A stretch of 64,000 bases of DNA, taken from Camelus dromedarius (lineage: Eukaryota). The stretch spans positions 84,384,001 to 84,448,000 of the forward strand of contig NC_087437.1 of the NCBI RefSeq assembly GCF_036321535.1. Direction: 5' to 3'. Both the position numbers and the translations under genes were made by a program. This document shows, piece after piece, positions 26,591 through 39,499 of the stretch. The notes beneath the pieces are model-generated. The model saw only the letters and a program-made list of their open reading frames with translations. It was not told where the DNA came from and ran no database searches. Position 1 is the first letter of the stretch. Each line of letters begins with the position of its first letter.

Positions 26591-27907
26591 TTGACTAAAG
26601 GGAGGGGCCATAAAGCTGGGTAGGATAGATCTACTCCTCAGATCATGAATGTTTATAAGAAGAATAATTCCATCTGAGTTTATTGCAGAAATAGACTTTT
26701 GAGAAATACATTGCAGTGTATGCCATTTGTCATTGACAGTTATATGTTGCTATGTCAATTGTTCATTCAACTTATTATGCATTGCATCTGTGGAATGCGA
26801 CGTTTCAACATTTTGCACTGAATTACAAATGAACAAATAGTATATTTTAAATAAGTAAATTTAGGATCTACTAAAAGGCAGTATATGTACAGATCTAATA
26901 GAAACTGATTTTGGCATTTTGACGTAGTGCTAATACCATTAGTTGAAGAGTAAAACGATCAGTTAATCAACTTATCTCAACCTACAATCCATTTGTGAAT
27001 TTCACCATGAGCTACCTATTCCTTTTCTTCCTTTTCCATCTCTCCAGCCTCCCTACCCTTCTCCTTCTCTTTTTATTCTTCCTCTTCTTCTTCCTCAGAG
27101 ACTAGTTGCATTGTTTGGTTGTTATATTGTGTAGGTGGAGTCTCAGTATGTATCTACCTTCAACTTCAATATTCAATAGTAAGGTATCATATAATTAATT
27201 GATTAAATTGGTTTCTTAAATGTGTAAAAGCTTCTATATTATGAAAGTTATCATATTCATCTAGGCTTAAAGGAATAGGCTCAAGAATAATGATTTAAAT
27301 TTAAGCATTAAAATTAATGCAATAATATATATTTTTAGAACACTTCTGAATCATATGAGAAAATTGAGAAAATTGCTTTTCCTCCTAATTGCATCCTATA
27401 AAAACATAGACTGAAGTAGTTATTTAACTAAAAAATTCAATCATAATGGAATTTCCTTTGAATGGAATTTACTTCTGTGAAAGGATCTTTTTAATGTCTC
27501 AGGCTTTTCGGACTATATCAAACAACACAGCCAGTAAAATTAATACATGTATACAATCAATTCAAATATTTATCAGGTTTGGTGGAAAATGTATTCATGA
27601 GGGATTGAAAAAATTTTAATAAATACACATGCTTTTATTTGCACAAAAGTATTATAACCAATTTTACATTGTTTAATTTAAAATTAACCACTGAGTTTAC
27701 CTTTCAGTTATATGTATTGAACATAAATATTTTGATGTCCTCTAAAAGAATATTAATATGATGCTAAAGGTATCCATCATGAGAATATTTTATTTACAGC
27801 AATTATCCTCCAGTTAGTTTTGGATTACTTCAAAAGCATTTCTTTCATTGGAAAAGTTTACATTTTTTTCTGCCTTAGTGAACATTTATACCAAAGTAAT
27901 GAAACAA

Positions 27908-28181
27908 TTTTTTTCTTTTTTTAAATTGAAGTACAGTTGATTTACAATATTGTGTTAGTTTCAGGTGAACAACACAGTGATTATTTTTGAAGATTATATT
28001 CCATTATAGGTTAATACAAGATAATGAGTATACTTCCTTGCGCTATACAGTATATCCTTGTTGCTTACCTATTTTATATATAGTAGTTTGGATCTCTTGA
28101 TCACAAACCTCTAATTTCTCCCTCCTCACTATCCTATCCCCTCTGGTAATCACAAGTTTCTTTTCTGTAGCTATGAGTCTG
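27908..28181 (-). mobile_element. Young 5'-truncated L1 3' end
   Basis: Poly-T then 'aattgaagtacagttgatttacaatattgtgttagtttcaggtg'; TSD GAAACAA at 27901-27907 and 28183-28189. Confidence 0.85.
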
Positions 28182-29538
28182 AGAAACAACTTAATTTCCA
28201 AATAAGATATTTCATTAACTACAGGAAATTAATAAACAAAGCATTTGTGATTTGTTACACATGGATTACATATTTGTTCATAGAAAATAACTTTCTAAAT
28301 CCATGGTTATTATCCAGACAAATGCAATATTTAACTTTACATTGACAGCTTAAACTACTGAACCATTTGGGGGTTATGTATGTTGTTTAAACTTACGTGT
28401 AACTAATTTTATATGAAATTATAAATAGTCATTGTAAAATTTAACATTAATTACCACATAATCAGACTTTTTGAACTAAGAGATAAATTTGATTAAATAA
28501 GCTTGCATTGTAACATTTTTCAAGACATAATCACTATTATATATGAGAAAAATCTGTTGAAAAAGCCATCTAGAATAAAAGAATTCTATAAACTAATTCC
28601 TCAGTTACATAAATAAAATAATGTGTTATAATGGAATTTTATATGTTCCAAAAGAAAATGTCTGCTTAATATGAGTTCTATGTTATGATTTGAGATTTTC
28701 TCTCACAGTAATTAGTAGTATGATCTTGAATAAATCACCAAGTTCTTCTGTGCTTCATTATGCTCATTTGTAAAGGGAAGACATTTATTAAATAACTGCC
28801 AGTCTTTTTCCAAGATCAGAATTCTCATATTCTGTGTACTATATTTGCTGATAGAAGATGTCAACAGAAGAATTACAAGTAAACTGCTTGATAAAAGAAT
28901 TTCCCTCTCATTTTATCAAAACAACATATAATTTACCTCAGATTTTTATCACAGTTTGATTATGGTTTTGAATTTTGTGCTTTAAATATTTATTTGTTTA
29001 ACTTTAATGCAATTCTAACAAATAACAATTACAAATTTCACTTGATGTGTTAGGCAAAATTATCTTTTATTTTCCTTAAAATTAATAGTCTTAGGTGCAT
29101 TTAAAGTTATATGCTGTATAGTATATTCAACCAAAATATACTGAGACTTGTAATTGACATGATTAAGGTGGTTTTCTGTATTGTAGCATAATTTCAATGA
29201 AGGCTGGAGATTTTATACTCAGTTTGCATTTGTCAGTTTTCTAGGTTTTTTTTTTTCTTTTATTACGTGCAATTAATCAGAAAACATTTTGAATTAGTTT
29301 TTTTGCCTGTTCATTTTTTTAATTATTTGTATATTATATTAGTTTAATGTTGCTATTAAATTGATCTATTTTTTTCAGAGCTGAAAACATTGTTCTAAGT
29401 CTATACTCACTTCATTTGTAGCTTGGGTATATAATTGATATTATATAGATTTTCCCATAGTTTAGTAGGAAAAAATTAAGTTTATTAATAATTTTAGGCC
29501 AATGGATATTGTATGAATCTAATGAGGTTATTGATAGA

Positions 29539-29991
29539 TGTGATAGGCAAAATGGTTGCCCTCCAAAGATGTCCACATCCTAATACTGGGGTCCTTTGAA
29601 TATGCTACCACATAGAACAAAAGGAAATTTGAAAATATGATTAAAGATCTTAAGATGTAGAGATCATTCTGGATTATCTGGTTGGTTCTGATCACAAGCG
29701 TACTTAGAAGAGGGAGACAGGAGGATCAAAGACAGAAAAAGGAGACAATGTCTGAACCAGAGGTTGTTGTGATGTACTTGCAAGATGAAGGATGGAGCCA
29801 TTGAGCTGAGAATGAAGGTGGCCTTTAGAAGCTGGAAAAGACAAAGAAACAGATTCTCCCTGAAGGCTCTGGAAGGAATATAACACTGACAATACCTTGA
29901 TTTTAAAATTCTAATCTCCAGAAAAATTTCATCTTTTTAAAGTAATTAACTTTGTGGTAACTTGTCATTGCAGCAATAGGAAACTAATACA
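29539..29991 (+). mobile_element. MLT1C/D-like MaLR solo LTR
   Basis: Starts TGTG, contains 'ccaaagatgtccacatcctaat', ends 'gcagcaataggaaactaataca'; 5-bp TSD ATAGA/ATAGC. Confidence 0.9.
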
Positions 29992-30548
29992 ATAGCTCTT
30001 AAGTATGTTTGTATGTTTCCTTTGTGTCTCTGCTTGTTCCCTAGATCTTTTGTCAATCTTTTGGATTCAGTGTCTTATGAAAACCAGTACTGCTATTAAG
30101 CTTTGTACTACTATTTGATATTATTAAACAAATGAAGTAAAATTAATTAATATTTTCCTAAAACAGTACTACAAACTGCTTTTCACACATAATGTCACTT
30201 ATGTCATCAATAGAGAGAAATCTAAATTTATTTAATAGTTGTATAATATTTCATAGAATAGAGATAGTTTAACGATTCTTCTGCAAACGGGTATTTATGC
30301 TTCTTTCCTTTTTTTAACTACTAAAAATTGTACAGTGAACTCCTTTGTAAAACAATACATTGATTTTAACTTTAAATATTTAATCACTTTTATAATTTCT
30401 TTCCACTTCTTGGCCAATTTTGGTATTTTACACTTTACATGAAACTAATCCATATCACCTAGACTTAATTTTACTTTTTTCTTGAATAATATGTATTAGT
30501 CTCTCATAATTTTTATAAGCTCCTCTGTCATATTCTGGTAATATTCAT

Positions 30549-30608
30549 CTACACACATACACACACATACACACAAACTTACATATGTGTGTGTGCATGT
30601 TTGTGTAT
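30549..30608. repeat. Interrupted (CA)n followed by (TG)n
   Basis: acacacatacacacacatacacac...atgtgtgtgtgcatgtttgtgta. Confidence 0.8.
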
Positions 30609-30794
30609 TTTTAATTTGACTGTTTTTCTCTTCTAATCAATATCAAAGAAAACTACTTATTATATTGGTAATTTGAAAACATATAATATACTTCATTTAT
30701 CCTTTTTTTCCCATTTCATTATTTTCAGCATTAACCTTTACTAATTTCTCTTCCTACTTTTGGTTTAACTTCTTTTTCATTTATATTAATACGT

Positions 30795-31100
30795 TGTCTC
30801 ATGACTTCTAGCCATTAAATTCATGTTCCAGGCATCAATGAGGAGAAAAAGAGAAGGCAAAATAGGTATGCATCCCAGCATAGTCTGCAAACATTTAGTA
30901 GCCTTCCAGCCATCACATCGAAACCTCTGCATATACCTATTGCCTAGCACTTGGTTGCATAGCTCTTCCATCTCCAAGGTATGGCAGAAAATGTAATGTT
31001 TTATTTGGATATACTGTTGCCATAAGTAAAACTGAATTTCTATTACCAAGGAAGAGAAATAAAATGGGTATCAGATAGTTACTAACAGTTTCTGCTGCAT
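30795..31100 (-). mobile_element. MLT1J-like LTR remnant
   Basis: 'ttctattaccaaggaagagaaataaaatgggtatcagatagttactaacagtttctgc' resembles the antisense MLT1J start. Confidence 0.6.
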
Positions 31101-32944
31101 GTCAATCATTATTCTAGGTGTGATGGTTAAAATGTTTTTTGTTTTTGCTTTTGTTTTTCCATTCCTTATACTTTCAAGGTCCTGGGTTTTGTTGAAATCT
31201 AGTTTTAGGGTTTCCCTTGCAATTTGTCTCATTTCTTTTAAGAAAACTTACTTTACAGCACTACTATGATTTCCCAATTATAGTAACATTTAGAGTCAAA
31301 TACAAATCCATTTAGAGTCAATTATGTAAATTACAAGTCATCACTTATCACTCTTTGTCCAACATGATCCTCACTTTTACAATATTTTAGTTCTGATTTA
31401 ATTGTCACTTGGTCATTGAATTTTTCTCAGAAACACACAGATTATATAAAATCTGAGTCCATTTATATCTGAAAATGTCATTCCTTTTCTCTGACAGGTG
31501 AATAATAATTTGAATCTAACTCCTTTGGTCTCATTAGATTATATTTCATTGACTGCTGAGTTTTAATATTATAAATAAGTCAGATATTAGTCAGATTCTC
31601 TTTCCTCTAAAAGTTACTTGCTCTTTGAGAAGCTTATAAGATTTTATATTACTGTTGGGATTAAAATTTTTCATTAGGATATATCCGTGTAAATGACCTT
31701 TTTAGTAATCCTCCTTGGGACCTAGGGAACCTTGTCAATCTTCAGGCATAAATCTTTCTTCAAATAAAAGAAAATTTCTTGATTTGTTTAAGTAGTACCT
31801 CTCCTGTACAACTTCCTTTATAAACATATTTCAAGACTCCTTTCATATGCATGAAAATTTTCTTGTCTATGCCCTCAATAACTCATCTTTTCATTAGTGA
31901 TTGCCATCATTTATACTCTCTCTACATATTTTATATTTCTTTTAGTAGATCTTCCTAGTCAATTTAACTTTCATCCATAAGTATCTTTTAACTATTGAAA
32001 AATTTAAGTTGAAAATCTATTTTGTTTTGTGGTTGTTTTCCACAAATTATATTTGATGTGCTTCACAGATTTTATTACTTACTTTATTTCATCTGACATT
32101 TCCAGTAGTTCCATTTCTTGTGAGATGACTCTGTGTTTCTTTCTCTGTTTTTTATTTTGTTGGTCTTTTTTCTTCTTGCTCATGCTTTAAAACACAGTGA
32201 CATCACAGGCAATAATCATCCCTGCTAGCATACATAAGTCACTACAGCAACTGGGAACAACTCAGCCTAGCAGGGCAGCTATATTCGTGGTCCTCCTGTT
32301 CTTTAAGCACCTCACTCAAGAGGGTACGGTAGACGTAATTTTCCCCTTAGGATGCTCAAAATAATGGAGTTTGATCTAGCTCTCAAGATCAAACCAAACA
32401 GGCTATGTGTTGTTGAGAGTTATCTTGACCTCTGGTGCATAGCATCTATTCTATTCCTGGTAAGAAACCATGTTTATTTTTGTTTGTTTTTATAAATAGA
32501 AAAACTTCTTTCCCATTTTTCAGTCCAAGTAGCTTAGAAGAAAATGACCCTACCCCAACATTCAGGGGAGTTTGTTTGACTGAAAACACAGTAGTCAGCA
32601 CATTTTATTCTGAGTAGCTCTATCGACTGGCTCAAAGAATGACCATAGAGCTGAGAACAGTCTGTTGAGGCACAAGGCATTTATAGACTGAGAAGTTCAT
32701 TTCTCCACCAGTTTTATATTTGAAAGGAAAGACCTAGAATAGCTTAAAGTCTTCTTCACACCATGCAAAGCCTTATAAGTCAACATAGATCAGAAAAGAG
32801 CTGAGTACTGGGCAGACTTTGTGTTCCTGAGAAGCAAGTCTGAAGCGTATGTTACCTCTGACGTTTTCAATTGTATGAAAAAGAAAATGCTTCTTTTGCT
32901 AAGGAGTTTAAAAAGTGATTTTTGAAATATCATAAATAATGAAT

Positions 32945-33520
32945 TATCACTGAATGAGCTTGTGTAACTCAAACCTAGATCAAGAAACAGAACATTGTCA
33001 CTACCCCAGAAGCTCCTTTTCTGCTTTCTAAATTAGTGACATCCAAGGGTAACTGCTCCCCTGCAGTCTAACAGTATAGATTAGTTTTGTCATTTTTGAA
33101 TGTATATTATTTTTCTTTTTTGGTATGGATTCTTTGGCTTAATATTTTGTTTGTGAGATTCATTAATATTGTCATGTATAATTCCAGTTTATTTTTATTG
33201 ATATTCTGGATTTTATTGTGTGAATACACCACAATTTATTTATCCATTTTTCTGCTGATAAGCATTTGGGTAGTTTCTATTGGAGGCTATTATTTATAGT
33301 AATGTTCTGAACATACCAGAAGTTGTTTTTCAGTGAACATATGTATACATTCTTCTGGGTGTATACCTAGGCATATGATTACCAGGCCAAAGGACAGGCA
33401 CATATTTGGGTTCAGTATATGCTGACAATTTTTCATAACAGTTATAAAAACTCATACTCCTACCAGAAATACATGAGAATTCTATTTCTTACACAGTTTT
33501 GTTAATGCCAATATTTTCAT
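32945..33520 (-). mobile_element. L1ME-type 3' fragment
   Basis: 'tgtgtaactcaaacctagatcaagaaacagaacattgtcactaccccagaagctcc...aatttatttatccatttt'. Confidence 0.75.
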
Positions 33521-33977
33521 TAAAGACTTAAAATGGTGAGTTTTCTGTCTCTTGAAATAATTTATTATTATTAAAAACCTTCCTGTTTTATTGGCTTTCC
33601 TGGTCTGGCTGTTTTATGTTACAGAGGAAACTTGGCAGGGGGCAGTGGGTAGCAGGGAAAATTGTTTATTCATGTCAAACTCATCTGATCTAGGCTTGAC
33701 CTAGCTCAGCTCTAAGCTGTGAGTTGGGTTCAGATCTGTTCCATATATATCTGATTCCTCTGGGACTTACACTGTCTGGGATATATACAAGAGAGGTGAA
33801 TCGAAGTACTTAATGCCTCTTAAGGCAAGGATTAAAAATCTTTGCTCATTAGAAAAAATCTGCTGCTCATTGATTGGAGATCAAGCAAAGGCTCCACTTG
33901 AAGTGGATCTGTTACACAATGATGCTTGCATTCCTCTTGTGTTGCCTACAGTCTTCAGAATTAGTCTTCACTGATTC

Positions 33978-34606
33978 TGAGACAGGAATGGGGCAGTGCA
34001 CAGCCATTCAAGGAATGCCACAGCAATTAACATCAAAATGGTGAAAGATTCAACCCCCAGTTGGCCTTGAGGCTCAGGATGATGGGAGATTTAACTTCTA
34101 GTAGATCTTGAGCTTCATTATACGCCCATTGCAATATATTAACATGGTGAATAACACGCCCACAGGCACCATGGCAGTCTGAAGGCTAGACACAGAAGGT
34201 CAGAGAGTGGGAAATGGCCAACTTCCTGGGAATCCCAGCCTCTTCCCCAGACTACTTAGACTGGTCCTTCCACTTATTAGCATACGAAGCCACCAAGCCC
34301 ATAAAAACCAGCAACATGGTGCCTCGCGGTCGCCCCTCTCTCTCCCTCCTCAGAGACTGCCCACATTCTGTCTATGGAGTGTGTACCTACTTTTAATCTG
34401 AGCACCCAACCCCCAAACCTTGTGGCCTTTCTCTTGCCTTTCAATGTATCTCTCTGAATAAATCTACCTTCACTCAACTGTGGCTTGGTCTTGAATTCTT
34501 TCCTGCATGAATCCAAGGACCTACACTTGGCGGAGCACGTCCCAGGGGCTCAACCAAGACCTACGACACAGCCCTCCTCCTGCGCCACATATGTTTTCCT
34601 GCATCA
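33978..34606 (+). mobile_element. MER41-like class I ERV solo LTR
   Basis: TG...CA termini, perfect TSD ATTC (33974-33977, 34607-34610), AATAAA 34457-34462; MER41-like 'ttattagcata', 'ctgtctatggagt', 'tgaattctttcctgcatgaatccaagga'. Confidence 0.9.
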
Positions 34607-36589
34607 ATTCTAGTACAATAACTAGGTTAAATCTTTCTGAAGCCTAAAGAGAGGGGTACACTCCCTACTGCTGAGAGACAGTGATTGTTTAAAGGAAGAG
34701 CTGCTGCATCTGGCTAAAGTATACTGGCAATAATCAACATGACATGTCTGGGAATATGCCTTATGGATACTGGACCAGGGAGAAAAGAATAAGAAAGACT
34801 TAAAAAATGAGAGTATTCTTCCATAACTCAGGCAAAGAGTTCATGTTGTCTATTTATATGCTGCTGGCTATTGAAATGAGACAATTAGAAATTTAAATTA
34901 GAAAAGAAAGGCTAATACTTAAATAGATAGAATTTCCAGGACTGCCTTAGTATCGTATTGAGGAAGGGCCCAAAATGTTCAGAGAGGTAAACTTGATAGA
35001 ATTGATTTGTCATATAAGACCAAAGTATATGCCATTTGATTATTGGAACACTCCTTTTACTAAAATGATAAAGAATATGTAAATGGAAAGAGGATACTTA
35101 CATTGCTGAATAGTTCACTGGTGTATTTTTTTCTCTAGGCCAGGGCTGATAACAGGAAATGCTGTTGTAAACCGATCTCTTCATTGTCATTGTATGTTTT
35201 AGGTATGCAGATTAGCAGATGCCAGGTGGCACCATTTAATTCAATGGCAAGGTGAACATAATTGCATAATGGACCATAAGGTCAGAAAGCCCTCATCAAT
35301 AGATAATAGGCCTATGATAGTAGCTAATAGACCATAGCTTTCCTAAGGACAAAGGCAGATGAGCAGTCAAGAAGTACAGTACTTGACTTATATATCCCAA
35401 AGTTATCAAGAGTAGGCAAAGAGAAGACTGATGTCAGATATCACAGCATAAAATCGCAATTTCTGTCTTAGTTTCTAGACCTGAGTCAGTTCTCAGACAT
35501 AAAGCATATTGACTGATAGGAAGGCCATGACCATAATGTAGAAGCCTGAAATGCAATACGAATATACTCAGCAGTCATTCACCCAATGGTTTGCCAAATT
35601 GGCCTAAATATATTTACAAGAAGAATGGCACAAAGGGGAAAGGAGAATACAACTATCCTTTCAGGGCCTTTGGATACTGGGTATTAGCTGACATTGACAC
35701 CAGAGAATGCAAGATACCATCACAGTACCCTGTTAACATGAGGGTGTGCAAAGGCCATATGATAAATGACAACCTGGTGCTGGTTCATCTCATGGTGGAT
35801 CTAATAGGTCATAGATTCATTTTATGGTCATTTCCCTGGTTCCTGAGTACAAACTCAGGGTGGATATAATTATTGGCTGGCAGGTTACTGATATTGGTTC
35901 TCTTCCTTGTAGAGTAAGAAGCATTACAGAAGGAAATCCAAAAGAAACCACCTGACTCTGTTACCACTGGAGACGACAGTGAATAAGAAATCATATTGCA
36001 ACCTAAGTAGAAGAAGAAAAATACACAGCACACTCAAAAATGTAAAAGATTCAGGTATTATCCTCAGTTATTTAAAAAAGGTAGTCCTCATAAGATTTTT
36101 AATTCATTGTTATGACTCCTGAAAAAACCACAAAGACCATGGCTGTTGCTGATGGACCGTCATACACTGAACCAAGTGTAGTACAACCACAGTGTCTGTG
36201 AGGAGGTGGTATGTTTACTAGAACACACCAACATAGCCTCAGGTACTTGGTTTGCCCCATTGACCTAGAAAATATGTTCTTTTTGATCCCAGTCAAAAAG
36301 GAAGATCCAACGCGGTTTACATTTACATTCAACACATACCTCTAAGACTATGCTAATCTCTTGCTCTTTAGCACAATAGGCACAATATAGATAGAACGGA
36401 TCTTGACAATCTAAAGAACACCATGAAGGTCTACCATATTGATGACAGTATTTTAATCGAATGTGTAAAGCAGGAAATGGCAAGTACTCTGGATGGCAAG
36501 AGTGCAGACATAAACCCTAAACAGCCCAAGGGCTTGACACATTAGTAAAGTTTTCAGAGGTCAATTTTAAGGGCATTCCAGGACATTCT

Positions 36590-37858
36590 ATGTGTGTCAG
36601 TTGGCGAAGTTCAGTTTCATCCTGCTGTTTGGCTGGTTTTGGCTACTGGCTTTATTCTACTTCTTTCATCTTATTCTCTGTGTCCAAAACAGAAGAAGCA
36701 GCTTCTATTTGGGCTCTTTATGGTTCCTGGACCCAATTCCAATGATTGTGTGGGAGCAGTTTCCACACAACACCAAGAAATTCTCAGGCAGCAGCTGTGT
36801 CTGAGAATTCAATTCAATTCTAACACTATCTACCCAGAAATAGCATCAGATCCCACAGGTTAAAGGGACAATCCTACAAGACTTCTACTCATCCCACTTC
36901 AGATGCCAGTTGTAGGACCAGACTATTACTTGTGCTTCTGACTGACTAGCTAGACGGAAAGTCCTTACAACCCCTCCTTGTTTTCAAGGCTAGTTGCAAG
37001 GCTATGTTGTTACCTGTATTTCTGACCAACTGGCTATAAATCAGAGGTTCCCACATACCTCCTCTTTGGGGTCAATTAATTTGCCAGAGCAGCTCCCACA
37101 ACTCAAGAGAAACATTTTACTTAATAGATCACTGGTTTATTATAAAAAGATATATTATAACTCAAGAAAAGCCATATGGAAGAGATACAAAGGGCAAGAT
37201 ATGGGGAAAGAGTGCAGAGCTTCCATGTCCTCCCTGAGAGCGCCACTCTGCCAGCACTTCTAGGTGTTCACCAACACTCTGACACTTCTTTTGGGTTTTT
37301 AAGGAGGCAGCATTACATATGTCTGTTTGATTAAATCATTGGTCACTGGCAATTGATCCAACCTTCAGCCCCTCTCCCCTCTTGGATCTGGAGGCGAGGG
37401 GCACCATTACCTAAATTTCCAACCTTCTAATCACACAGTTGTCTCCTCTAGTAACCAGCTCCCATCCTTAGGGAGATTTTTCCAAAGTCACCTCATTAGA
37501 ATAACAAAAGACACATTAACCCTCTCATCACTTTGGAAAGCCCAAGGGTTTTGGAAGCTCTGTGCCAGAAATGGAGCCCAAACTAAATATATATATATAG
37601 ATCTTATTAAGTCACAGTATCACAGGGGCATTTTCTCTTTTTGGCAGAGGCTGGAAATTCCCAAAGAAGGGAGCAGAAATAATCCATGCATTTTAAAGCC
37701 TAGGCTTGGAGATAGCATACTGTCACTTCCAACTACATTCTACTGACCAAAGCAAGTCACATGGATAAAGCCCACAATCATTGGAGCAGAGGGGTATTAT
37801 ATTTCTCCAGTGCAAGTTGAAGGGAGGAAACACAAATTTGCAAAACAATTATACGACA
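36590..37858 (-). mobile_element. MLT1I/J-like LTR inserted in ERVL pol (parts 36590-36714 and 37625-37858)
   Basis: 'agcatactgtcacttccaactacattctactgaccaaagcaagtcacatgg'; host ERVL text 'gacat(t)c' occurs on both sides and resumes 'ctccaaggtaaataagttattgcatc'. Confidence 0.65.
36715..37624 (-). mobile_element. MER21-like LTR
   Basis: 'aattcaattcaattctaacactatctacccagaaatagcatcagatcccacagg' and end 'gtcacagtatcaca'; TSD-like TGGGC/GGGGC. Confidence 0.8.
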
Positions 37859-38444
37859 TCCTCCAAGGTAAATAAGTTATTGCATCACATACCTCCTACT
37901 ATTTAGGGGAAAAAAAGTATCTTTGGTTTTCCACTACAAAAATGGTATTTTCTATATGTCCATGTGCATTTGGGAATTGCATATGCCACACTTGGGAATG
38001 CTGCTCTAACCTGTTTATTAGATGATTCAAAACACTACCAGTTGAATGGGGCTCAAGAAGAAAGAAATTAGAGCAGATTTAAGCAGTTTGTAAGTTATAT
38101 GACCTGACAGAGTCAATGTGGGTAAAGATCCTATGTGGAATCGCTAGCAAGCTCCAATAGAAGAATATCAGTACAGACCTCTTAGACGCTGGAGTAAGGA
38201 AATGCCATCTGCAGCAGAGAATTACTCACCAGCAGTAAAGCAGCTTTTGTTTCATTACACTTAGTAGAGACTGTTCTTGAATGTGAGAGAAAATGTAACT
38301 ATGTTATCAGAGTCGTTCTGGTAGTATTGTCACCTACACTAAGTCATACGTTTTGGTGGAACAGCAGCAATACACTACACGATAGTACATTCAGTTAGGG
38401 TATTAATAAGTCCAGGCTGCGCAAGAAACTACATCAAAAGATAG

Positions 38445-39002
38445 TGTTATTTACCTTCCCGAGTCAGTCTCCACCAAGGGTCCTCCTGCCCAGAGTTCGT
38501 CAAGCCAACAGAAGGAGATGGAGTTAGCTTCAGAAGCAAAGGAAAGCGTTACCCTTTGATCAGAGAATGGAGAGGTGTGAGCCCGAGCTCTAGAGCACAC
38601 GCTCTCCCTGTTGGCCGTGAGGAGGGCTGCTCTATAGGGATCCCGTCACCGGGGCGCGGAGGGGCGGAGTTCTCGCGGGGCGCGCAGCTGTGCTGCTCAT
38701 GCTCCAGATCGCAGTGCTCGGCGCAGCGTCTCTACGCACAGCACGCTGCCGCCATCTTGAACTGAGGTGTCCCGGGCAGCGTCTCTGCGCTGAGCTGAGG
38801 TGCCTGTGGAGCTGAGGTGTCAGTGCAGCCATTTTGTGCGAGGAGCTCCGGTCTGAAGGGCCGAGTGTGAGGCGTCTGTGCACAACAACCTACAAGTAAG
38901 TGAAACTAGACAAAGCACTAAGGAAAAAAGGTTAGACTTTATCTTATTACTCAGATTCTATTTTTATTTTCTGGGAATTGTTAATGGGCTGTGCAGGTGA
39001 CC
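38445..39002 (-). mobile_element. 3' LTR of the class I provirus (~560 bp)
   Basis: Bounded by the TSD on the left and the PPT on the right; its right ~85 bp are repeated at the other end of the provirus. Confidence 0.8.
38581..38901. promoter_or_regulatory. CpG-island-like candidate promoter inside the LTR
   Basis: About 26 CpG counted in 38581-38880; GC box GGGGCGGAG 38661-38669; YY1-type GCCGCCATCTTG 38748-38759 and GCAGCCATTTTG 38825-38836; donor CAA|GTAAGT 38893-38901. Confidence 0.55.
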
Positions 39003-39214
39003 AATTTCTCCTCTGTCCTGCTTCTCATTCCCGAGGGATGCTGAGGGGCCAAAGTTTGCCTTCTGTAACTACTTCTTCCTGCTGATTGGGGCGTTGTCAT
39101 AACCCAGGTGGAGGAGGAGAACTTCTCCTCAGCTACCTTTCCATATGTTTGTCACAAAGCCTGGACTCCATTACTGAGTGACCAACATTTCTCTAACCTT
39201 TTAGAGACGTGCTG

Positions 39215-39480
39215 CATTCCTTTTTTGGTGACCTCTACAATGAATCAATGCCACCTTTTTTGGAAGCTGTACTGCTTCTAAGAGCTTCAATATGCCAAAG
39301 CCACGTTTCACCTGTTTATTCTCCAAAGCATACAGCTTTCCTTCTAAATAGCCCCATGTACATGTAAGATGGCATTGCATACTGGGAATCTATGTAGACA
39401 TTTAAGATTTTTCCTGTCCCAATCTCTAAGGCTCCGGTGAGGGCTAACAGCTCCATCTTTTCAGCAGAAGTGGAGGTAGT
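39215..39480 (-). pseudogene. pol: Retroviral RNase H remnant
   Basis: Minus translation TSAEKMELLALTGALEIGTGKILNVYIDSQYA...ILHVHGAI* and ILKLLEAVQLPKKVALIHCRGHQK. Confidence 0.85.
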
Positions 39481-39499
39481 GGCCAGGATCTGCTATTCC

